Shown here: piece by piece, positions 26,101-32,000 of the stretch
How the letters are laid out: every line of letters starts with the position of its first letter
Numbering within the stretch: the stretch's first letter is position 1
Translations under genes and position numbers: made by a program
The notes under the pieces: model-generated
Told to the model about the DNA's origin: nothing
What the model saw: the letters and a program-made list of their open reading frames with translations, nothing else
The model's database searches: none
DNA from: an uncultured Oscillospiraceae bacterium
Lineage (GTDB): Bacteria; Bacillota; Clostridia; Oscillospirales; Acutalibacteraceae
DNA length: 32,000 nucleotides
NCBI GenBank assembly: GCA_902490735.1
Contig: CABUFC010000002.1
Span: 196,011 to 228,010 of the forward strand
Reading direction: 5' to 3'

Positions 26101-27660
26101 TTTACACAGTACAAGATGACATTTAAAGCAAAGACCGACATTGCCGCAAAGCTTTTAGCAGGCATTACAGATATTTCTGCTTCTAATACCAATATTTATT
26201 CTGCAATCTCAAGCATAGCTTATAAAGAAATTGCCGGAACCGATATGTCGGAATTTGAGATTCCTTTCTCAACAGGCAATCAGCAGGCTGTAAACCTTAT
26301 GTTTACTGCTGCGGGTACCGGGTCGGTTTATGTTGACGATGTTACACTCGCAGTGGACCCGGACGGTGAAAGCGACGGTATTATTGAGAAGGTTGACTTT
26401 GAAAGCGATCGGTTTGCAATTAATAACTATAGTATAAATAGTCAGGTGTCTTCCAATAAATACGAGCCGGCACGTCAAGCTTCAAACTTTGAAATTTATA
26501 CAGCCAAATCCGATAACGATCCTAATGTCAGAAGCGGTAAGAAGTCCTTAAAAATTAAGGCTCAAACACCGGAGTCTGCGGCGACCAAGCTTTGGCAGAC
26601 ATGGCTGCACTTCCCGGCTTCTACGGGCGGCAACTTCTGCGTAACTGTTTGGTATAAGTTTGATAAGACCAATGGCAGCTCGGTTCACATTACAGGCGAT
26701 GCTTCTTACACTTATGCCGGAGATAATACCTATTTCGGCAGTGATACCGGCTGGCACCGCGCAAGGTTCTTCATTACAAATACCGAAGATATGCCCTATC
26801 TTAGAACTATGGTAGGTACTATAAAAGGTGCTGCAGACAGTGATGTTTACATTGATGATATTACATATCAGTTGTCACCGCCATTAGTTTTAAATGAAAA
26901 TGTTAAAACGCTTTATACCGAAGACCTATATAATAATGTAAACAACCCGAGCTTTGAAGATAAGGTTACTAAAGACGATTGGGTAGGACTTCCTTCAGGA
27001 TTTGCGATTGTTAACGGAACGGCCTCATCTCCTGCACAAAATCAGAATAAGTACCTTAAAGCTTCGGCAATCGGCAAACGTTACTTAAAGGTTGTAAATG
27101 TTAAAGCAGGTGAAAACTACTATATCGGCGCTTCAATCAGAGCAAAAAGCGGTTCTAAAGGATATTTCGGCGTAGCTTCCAACCTTGCGGGCACTTCCTT
27201 CTTCTATAACCAAGACGATCAAATCGCGTCTCAGTTTAGATATAGCCGTACTGACGGTGAGTGGGAGCGTGTAGGTATCAACTTTATTTCACCGGCCACC
27301 GGTACAATTACACTTATTGTCGATACCCACGGCGGCGCAATCGATGTAGATAATATAATGGTATTTACCTACGATCATAAATACGCCTACGACCCGAACG
27401 ATTATTACAATTATAAACCATATAATTATAATGATATGTCTAATGCTATAATTAACGGCGGCGTAGGATATCAGCCTTATTACAAAGGAAATCTTCAGCT
27501 TGCATATGATGAATATCCGGAAGCAGGCGCCGGAATAAGCGTTTATAATGCTTCGAACACCGAAAATCCCGCGCTGACAATAGCACTCTTTGCATTAAGC
27601 ATAATAGCTTGCGGCGGCATAGTGTTCTTAGTGGTAAGACGCAGCAGAAAGGAGAGGTAA
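23113..27660 (+). CDS. Large secreted, C-terminally membrane-anchored protein: six carbohydrate-binding-module-like jelly-roll modules plus three InlB-B-repeat-like domains, with no catalytic domain
   Basis: Signal peptide aa 1-30. Six modules share a recurrent signature: opening NGxF(E/S)/NPSFE..W, central strands SYEISFWIK / NYLLSFWIK / NYKISFKYK / QYKMTFKAK / NFCVTVWYK / NYYIGASIRAK, and closing xY(I/V)DD(I/V). Three segments of about 75 aa carry G..V.(F/L)TA.P..GN.F..W. A Tyr/Asn-rich stalk, a TM helix (27571-27636) and an RRSRKER tail complete the protein. Confidence 0.7.
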   Translation: MRKRILAFVLSLTLLLAYLVPNMMFSTGAADLVSDLFTNGTFSEVTGSQPNGWLFTGADGAALPTNISGTVDTTAKSPDGSNSYVVTANGAINANSAFFYNKDTIQIKSNCSYEISFWIKSANVKGLLFGLYEPDYVTGNSPDLTQAANAHSETIIAEKNLYSSVACEFTSRIARTKINNVIKIGLNTVNAFNISFAKLYDSSNNNGTLIKTDSTSVDGWTKFTYNFDTTDAVTDAAKVRFAIGLVCKKDNTKTVKTVSFADFKCIETVNASIFRPQVNDGSLGYTYPAYGEIPAGQSSAELTFSALPVEGNSFVKWQLNGVDIAGTQGTNPVFKGVLKTTDKLVAVFKGGNIVKDPGAEGYKGSGLYDNRGIAGGIPVIDCTPDPGAPVTATTVQNFNDRNYTNPYAVAGAWFTVNLSKGCMADNGWVRAVVSNDYAHSGENSYRLYAQSQGIGRNFTGLKANTNYLLSFWIKMPSDDTTLTWLNIVPKKDKDEALKNGTNTYSNNYGTDESLYYPTSLGQIAFDKKTLNYTKDFTTSGNASDWQRVAINFNTKDNTDVAMIMVCPSLLMYDSRFIYIDDIGLTEISGESDLVSVNASSGPGGHAECSAGTGMVKKGTLVTAWAIANENVLFDAWYPSANSTNALSSSMVYSFNAVDNTSVYSQFQCVQLGLVSCGLGGTASVDKTGVFPKGEHVTFTATPAEGNTFAGWYDSATDLLVDTNPVFSEDAQIDRLLYAKFDGPNKAAFERFKLNGFEDVPACDINTFVKDPSQAFDYKYYENDYFKIFPYSYTDPSILNQAWCKYWATTDRAYEGSHSLGVRARWRETRINLKQLNKYTNYKISFKYKLNGLDETCGLTSVFVCPVEMGDTSGSNSSLCVYYKSYMISGGYTGTVKGGEGWENFELYFNSGNSTELCFGYSYSATDPAAENDPNGYDPTAMYIDNLEFWEYESIAESSNGDFSKGRDDWKGDLDASNGEAKIASGKTAYQTVTVSPFTQYKMTFKAKTDIAAKLLAGITDISASNTNIYSAISSIAYKEIAGTDMSEFEIPFSTGNQQAVNLMFTAAGTGSVYVDDVTLAVDPDGESDGIIEKVDFESDRFAINNYSINSQVSSNKYEPARQASNFEIYTAKSDNDPNVRSGKKSLKIKAQTPESAATKLWQTWLHFPASTGGNFCVTVWYKFDKTNGSSVHITGDASYTYAGDNTYFGSDTGWHRARFFITNTEDMPYLRTMVGTIKGAADSDVYIDDITYQLSPPLVLNENVKTLYTEDLYNNVNNPSFEDKVTKDDWVGLPSGFAIVNGTASSPAQNQNKYLKASAIGKRYLKVVNVKAGENYYIGASIRAKSGSKGYFGVASNLAGTSFFYNQDDQIASQFRYSRTDGEWERVGINFISPATGTITLIVDTHGGAIDVDNIMVFTYDHKYAYDPNDYYNYKPYNYNDMSNAIINGGVGYQPYYKGNLQLAYDEYPEAGAGISVYNASNTENPALTIALFALSIIACGGIVFLVVRRSRKER

Positions 27661-27664
27661 AAAA

Positions 27665-29488
27665 ATGAATAAAGAGTTTTTCAAAAAACCGGCAGTAAGA
27701 ATAATTGCAATCATTCTTTGCCTCGCCATAATCTGTGCTGTAATTGTAATTTCGCTTACACAGTGCAAAGGCACGAAACCCACAAATACTTCATCTGACG
27801 ACGGTTATGTAGACAATCAGGGTGAAGAGTATGAGCCGGATGACGATCCGATTGATGAAAATACCGATCCATATGATGGCTCTGATGATGAACCAATAGA
27901 AGAGGAATCAGGGCTTCCCGTAGATTATGATACTTTATCTATTTACAATTCCGACGAACCTATAATGACCAATTATTTGGGCGCCAGCGGTACGGTTTAT
28001 CATTCTTCCGCATTCGTTACCGACACTTACGGACGTAACTATACCGAAGAAATGCGCGAGATTGAGCTAACTCGGCTTAAAAACAGCGGAATTAAATATA
28101 CTCGTTGCTACTTTAGGGCAAAATGGGTCTGGGACCCTTACAACAAAAAGTTTGACTTTAATACACAGCCCTTTAACGAGTTTGTAGAGTACTGCAAAGC
28201 CCTCGATAAAAAAGGTATCCAGGTTTGCTTTAATGCCGGTTGGTATATTAAAGACGTTTATGCAATTCAGGATGTAAATGGTAATAATATTGGATATAAT
28301 TATACACAGGGCATGAATCAAGAGCAGAGTCCGCCGTATATCTTCGGTATGGAGCCCGGCGTTGATAACTATTTTGGCGAGCTTGACGGCTACAATTTTT
28401 CAGGCCTTACCGACGATCAGGTAAGACTTAGAAAGATCGGTATTAGATCGGGCAACCTTTATAAAGAAGTAATAAAAGCATTACGCAAAAAAGGCGTTAC
28501 AAATTGCAGGAACGTGTACGTTTACACCGAACCCGCAAAATGGAAAACCGAATCTTACGGGCAGCGTGACCTTGCTCCAGATTATATCCAGGTATTAACC
28601 GGATACCGTCAGGCGTTTAAGCGCGGCGGTGATATGAACAACGTTAATATGATTGGCCCCGACCAATCATATACAGACGGCACACAGCTTTTAACCGACT
28701 GCTTACGAGAAGAAGCAAAGGGCAATAAACTGTTTGATATTTATTCAACTCACCATTACGGCCACAACGCTAAAGACGAAGACGATACTGTTGGCGAGCT
28801 TATGGAAAGCTGGGCTTCATCTATGGAAGCTGCCATGATGAGCGCAAGCACAATTAATGCGTATGATACAAGCACTTTCTGGTGCGATGAGTATCAGTCA
28901 CGTTCAGATGTTCATGGCAATGGTGTTGAATCGCCCTGGAACGGCGTTCAGTCAATGGTTGGCATAATTTCCATGATGAAACATAAAGTACAAAATACTT
29001 CCTGGTGGCAGATATTCGACCAGCTCTGGACCGATTCGCTTACAAACGGCGGTGAGTTTAACAGTGGTATTCACGTTTGCGGTATGGCACCGTCTCTGCT
29101 TATTTCGACCATTCCGAAATCTCAGTATTATGCCGTTTCCAATCCGTTAAGATATATTGCTGTTGACAGCGATCATCCGAGCACCGTTTATCCGGTTGAT
29201 GTTCCGTACGCTTCTTTCCTTTATATGAACGCTGTTGAACGCAGTGACGGAGACTGGGCAATTGTTGTTTGCTCTACAGACTTTGTCGAACGTGGCATAG
29301 AAATTAAGTTTGATATTGCAATCAATAAAACCCTTTATCGCCATGCGTATACAGCCAATACGCCTATGGTTTCCACAAAGGCTCACTTGCCGGATGTCGA
29401 TAGAGTTTATAAAGACGTTAAAGACGTATTTTATGATACTATTCCGGCCGGTTCTACAGTAGTTTACACTTCTTGTAAGTGGGATTAA
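27665..29488 (+). CDS. N-terminally membrane-anchored putative glycoside hydrolase (clan GH-A-like TIM barrel plus C-terminal beta-sandwich), family unassigned
   Basis: Starts 4 nt after the upstream stop, with its RBS inside the upstream gene. TM helix aa ~12-31 and an Asp/Glu/Pro-rich linker. The order of conserved positions resembles clan GH-A: Arg (TRCYFRAKW), YVYTEPAKW (Glu289), STHHYGH, FWCDEYQS (Glu409), TSWWQIFD. A beta-rich tail ends IPAGSTVVYT. Confidence 0.45.
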   Translation: MNKEFFKKPAVRIIAIILCLAIICAVIVISLTQCKGTKPTNTSSDDGYVDNQGEEYEPDDDPIDENTDPYDGSDDEPIEEESGLPVDYDTLSIYNSDEPIMTNYLGASGTVYHSSAFVTDTYGRNYTEEMREIELTRLKNSGIKYTRCYFRAKWVWDPYNKKFDFNTQPFNEFVEYCKALDKKGIQVCFNAGWYIKDVYAIQDVNGNNIGYNYTQGMNQEQSPPYIFGMEPGVDNYFGELDGYNFSGLTDDQVRLRKIGIRSGNLYKEVIKALRKKGVTNCRNVYVYTEPAKWKTESYGQRDLAPDYIQVLTGYRQAFKRGGDMNNVNMIGPDQSYTDGTQLLTDCLREEAKGNKLFDIYSTHHYGHNAKDEDDTVGELMESWASSMEAAMMSASTINAYDTSTFWCDEYQSRSDVHGNGVESPWNGVQSMVGIISMMKHKVQNTSWWQIFDQLWTDSLTNGGEFNSGIHVCGMAPSLLISTIPKSQYYAVSNPLRYIAVDSDHPSTVYPVDVPYASFLYMNAVERSDGDWAIVVCSTDFVERGIEIKFDIAINKTLYRHAYTANTPMVSTKAHLPDVDRVYKDVKDVFYDTIPAGSTVVYTSCKWD

Positions 29489-29500
29489 ATTAATATTAAA

Positions 29501-29530
29501 TAAGCAGCCGCAAGGCTGCTTATTTTTTTT
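29501..29530 (+). terminator. Rho-independent terminator of the CBM-array/hydrolase unit
   Basis: TAAGCAGCC-gcaa-GGCTGCTTA stem with a GNRA-like loop, followed by T8 (29523-29530). Confidence 0.9.
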
Positions 29531-29531
29531 G

Positions 29532-29560
29532 TTGACAAAAATCATAAGATATATTATAAT
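29532..29560 (+). promoter_or_regulatory. Perfect-consensus sigma-A promoter of the GntR/ABC operon (TTGACA-17-TATAAT)
   Basis: TTGACA 29532-29537, 17-nt spacer, TATAAT 29555-29560. Immediately downstream of the preceding terminator. Confidence 0.65.
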
Positions 29561-29598
29561 ATTATTGTATTAGTGAAGTGATACAACGAGGTGGCAAA

Positions 29599-29976
29599 AT
29601 GAACACTGAATTTTCAAACGATATACCAATATATATTCAGCTTTTAAGCAAAATAAAGGCGGCTATTATAAAAGGCGAATTTAATTGTGGTGAAAAGCTG
29701 CCGTCAGTTCGCGAATTTGCGCAAATTTTCAAGGTGAATCCAAACACCATGCAAAAGGCGCTTAGCGATCTTGAATTCGAAGGCTTAATATATACCGAAC
29801 GCACCAATGGCAAATATGTAACAAATAATGCTGATTTAATTAAAAAAATCAAGGAACGACAAGCCGAAGATATTGTAAGACATTACTTAAATGAAATGCA
29901 AAAAATCGGTTTTACAAATAATGAAGCCGTTTCAATAATAAAAAAGATTGGAAGCGATAATAGTGGAATTGATTAA
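29599..29976 (+). CDS. GntR-family transcriptional regulator, YtrA subfamily (short, winged HTH plus small C-terminal helices)
   Basis: ATG 29599 is preceded by GAGGTGG; the ORF-track GTG 29578 lies in the putative operator. IPIYIQL...GEKLPSVREFAQIFKVNPNTMQKALSDLEFEGLIYTERTNGKYV is a GntR wHTH. At 125 aa it is YtrA-like. Confidence 0.88.
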   Translation: MNTEFSNDIPIYIQLLSKIKAAIIKGEFNCGEKLPSVREFAQIFKVNPNTMQKALSDLEFEGLIYTERTNGKYVTNNADLIKKIKERQAEDIVRHYLNEMQKIGFTNNEAVSIIKKIGSDNSGID

Positions 29977-30658
29977 AGTACAAAATGTTTGCAAAGATTT
30001 TGACGGCATCAGGGTTTTAAATGATGTCTGCTTTAATTTGCAAAGTGGAAAAATTGTTGGTCTTTTAGGCAAAAACGGTTCAGGGAAAACTACGATAATA
30101 AAGCTTATAAACGACCTTTTAACCCCTACATCCGGCAGTATAACCGTAAAAGGCAACAGCGTAGGCATTAACAGCAAAAGAAAAATATCGTATCTTCCTG
30201 AAAAAACCTATTTAAATAAGCAAATGAGAGTTATTGATGCAATCAATAAGTTCGCTGATTTCTATGAAGATTTCAGTAAATCAAAAGCTTTTAAAATGCT
30301 TTATGATTTAAAAATAGATGCTACTCAAAAATTATCCAAAATGAGTAAGGGCATGCAGGAAAAGGTGCAACTAACTCTTGTTATGTCGCGAAAGTCAGAA
30401 ATATACATTCTCGATGAGCCGCTAGGTGGAGTTGATCCCGCGACAAGAGATTATATACTTGATATGATTTTAGCAAATTTAAATAAAGAGGCTTGCCTTT
30501 TAATTTCCACGCATTTAATACAGGATATAGAGCGTATTTTAGATGAAGTTATATTTATCGACAATGGCAGCGTAGTTTTGCAGGATTCTGCTGACAATTT
30601 GCGTGAAAAAGAAAATGCATCTATAGACGAGATTTTCAGGAGGATGTTCAAATGCTAA
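29948..30658 (+). CDS. ABC transporter ATP-binding protein (start ambiguous: TTG 29948, GTG 29963 or TTG 29969)
   Basis: Walker A GKNGSGKTT, signature-like MSKGMQEK, Walker B IYILDEP, and an H-loop (STHL). Overlaps the GntR 3' end. Confidence 0.9.
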   Translation: MEAIIVELIKVQNVCKDFDGIRVLNDVCFNLQSGKIVGLLGKNGSGKTTIIKLINDLLTPTSGSITVKGNSVGINSKRKISYLPEKTYLNKQMRVIDAINKFADFYEDFSKSKAFKMLYDLKIDATQKLSKMSKGMQEKVQLTLVMSRKSEIYILDEPLGGVDPATRDYILDMILANLNKEACLLISTHLIQDIERILDEVIFIDNGSVVLQDSADNLREKENASIDEIFRRMFKC

Positions 30659-31440
30659 AAAAACTGTTTAAATACGACTTTGCGGATATTTATAAGGTTG
30701 TTTCGGTCTTTTATTTACTTACGGTTGTGTTCGCTGTAATTACAAGGATACTATTCTATTATGCAGATAGCCTAGTCATGCAGATAATAAGCAGGGTAAG
30801 CATGGGAATTATGATTTCGCTTATGGCAAACTGCTTTGTTAATACTTTAATTCGAAATTGGGTCAGGTTTAAAGAAACAATTTACGGAAATGAATCATAC
30901 TTAACTCACACTCTCCCGTGCTCTAAAAACAGTATTTATGTTTCCAAATTAATCGTTTCGTTTATAAGCATAATTACAACGATTTTTATAATACTTATAA
31001 GTCTGATAATTGCATTTGGCAATAAAAAAGGGCTTGATGCAATCTGGCAGTTTATAATAAATTTTGCAAAATCATTTAACACAAATCCCGTTTTATTCGT
31101 AATTCTTTTTATTTCAATTGTAGTACTTGAAGTGTTCAGCGCTTTGCAGGGCGGTTTTTTGGGAATAATACTTGGGCATAAGAAAAATCACAATAAAACG
31201 GCAATTTCTGTTATTTTAGGTTTTTTATTTTATTTTGCAATTCAAGGCATAATAGTTCTTGTGTTGTATATATCGGGACTGTTTAACGCTAATGTTATGA
31301 AGATTTTTACAAGCACAAATTTCTTTGGTTTTTCCGAGTTTTTCTTTGTGGCGGTAATTTCAATAATCGCATATCTAATAATAAACGCGGCGCTGTCGCT
31401 CGCATCTGTTAAAGGATTAAAACATATAAACGTTGAATAA
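30652..31440 (+). CDS. Integral membrane protein, probable ABC-2-type permease partner of the upstream ATPase
   Basis: 7-nt overlap with the ATPase gene. 262 aa with about 6 hydrophobic helices. Typical third gene of YtrA-type GntR/ABC operons. Confidence 0.65.
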   Translation: MLKKLFKYDFADIYKVVSVFYLLTVVFAVITRILFYYADSLVMQIISRVSMGIMISLMANCFVNTLIRNWVRFKETIYGNESYLTHTLPCSKNSIYVSKLIVSFISIITTIFIILISLIIAFGNKKGLDAIWQFIINFAKSFNTNPVLFVILFISIVVLEVFSALQGGFLGIILGHKKNHNKTAISVILGFLFYFAIQGIIVLVLYISGLFNANVMKIFTSTNFFGFSEFFFVAVISIIAYLIINAALSLASVKGLKHINVE

Positions 31441-31442
31441 AA

Positions 31443-31474
31443 AAGACCGTTATATCGTCTGATATAACGGTCTT
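31443..31474. terminator. Bidirectional rho-independent terminator between convergent genes
   Basis: 14-bp perfect stem AAGACCGTTATATC-gtct-GATATAACGGTCTT, flanked by A-rich and T-rich sequence. Confidence 0.85.
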
Positions 31475-31502
31475 AAATATTATTTTAAAAAACCTATATT
31501 AT

Positions 31503-32000
31503 TTAATTGTCGCCTTCTGAAATTTTAGGAACTGTTTGCTTTTTTGCAAATTTTTCGGCCGTCATATAGGTAAAAATATATATCATTAAAAACAGGTTTG
31601 TAATCACACTGTCTGTAGAGTACTGCATTCTCGTATAATTAAAAAATATAGTTGCAATTATTGGCGGAAGCGAGCAAACGCCCGTCATAAAAAAGGCCGC
31701 AGAACTAAAAACCCTGCTAATTGTTTTGTACTTGTCTCCGCCTATTCTCAACAAGGATTTTATATGATAGGTAAGGAACAAAAGAATTGTAATTATCATT
31801 AGTATTTCAAAATTATTGCTTGTAATGTCCGCCATGCTGGTGTAACACATAAAAGTTACTAACAGTCTCAAAAGCCAAGAGGCAATAGCAACAAGCAAAA
31901 ATTCGTAACGGGGCATTTTAGTTAATAACATACTAATACCGAAATAGATAAATACGAGTCCTGTTAATATTATGCTGAATTGTCTTAAAACAACTAATAG
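31503..32000 (-). CDS. Polytopic membrane protein of unknown function, probably 5'-truncated by the window edge
   Basis: The ORF track starts at Met 31931, but the frame stays open to nt 32000 and keeps encoding hydrophobic sequence (LLVVLRQFSIILTGLVFIYFGIS-M...). At least 4 TM helices. Confidence 0.55.
   Translation of the reverse strand, partial: LLVVLRQFSIILTGLVFIYFGISMLLTKMPRYEFLLVAIASWLLRLLVTFMCYTSMADITSNNFEILMIITILLFLTYHIKSLLRIGGDKYKTISRVFSSAAFFMTGVCSLPPIIATIFFNYTRMQYSTDSVITNLFLMIYIFTYMTAEKFAKKQTVPKISEGDN

Noticed and set aside
27541-27660. Sortase LPXTG sorting signal at the C-terminus of the 1515-aa protein.
   Set aside because: A TM helix and basic tail are present, but the preceding sequence is NTENPALT. 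No LPXTG, NPQTN or SPKTG-type pentapeptide is present. Reported instead as a non-canonical tail.
28268-28294. Dockerin-like Ca-binding motif (QDVNGNNIG) in the hydrolase-like ORF.
   Set aside because: It is a single occurrence inside the putative catalytic barrel, not the duplicated 22-residue F-hand pair at a terminus. There is no cohesin partner nearby.
1-32000. CRISPR arrays, IS elements or transposases, prophage or defence-system genes.
   Set aside because: No regularly spaced direct repeats, no terminal inverted repeats flanking an ORF, and no nuclease, ATPase or methylase-like accessory ORFs. Every ORF longer than 120 aa is accounted for.

Overview
Low-GC, spore-forming Firmicutes (Clostridia-like) chromosomal segment, densely coding and mostly housekeeping. 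In order: the 3' end of the spoIIIA operon (AE partial, AF, AG, AH); asp23; an NAD/CoA vitamin-salvage cluster (pncB, small lipoprotein, coaX, ECF S-component). A co-directional minus-strand array follows: hprK, ROK glucokinase, murB, rapZ, whiA, dnaE, pfkA. Then come ychF, tRNA-Leu(CAA), an SGNH/GDSL lipoprotein and tRNA-Lys(UUU). A minus-strand gltX-metG-nif3-orphan string is next. The accessory-looking part is nt 23047-32000: a promoter-to-terminator two-gene unit, a YtrA-like GntR/ABC ATPase/permease operon, and a partial membrane-protein gene. The two-gene unit encodes a 1515-aa secreted, C-terminally anchored array of carbohydrate-binding-like modules with no catalytic domain, plus a membrane-anchored clan-GH-A-like enzyme. 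No CRISPR array, transposase, integrase, rRNA, T-box or obvious riboswitch was seen. Several near-consensus sigma-A promoters and rho-independent terminators can be read directly. The most interesting items are the CBM-array/hydrolase pair and its non-LPXTG C-terminal signal, a MetRS with a KASSS loop in place of KMSKS that is translationally coupled to gltX, an AT-rich Cys-containing orphan ORF, and the absence of yvcK between rapZ and whiA. All functional calls rest on motif and family recognition by eye, not on database searches.
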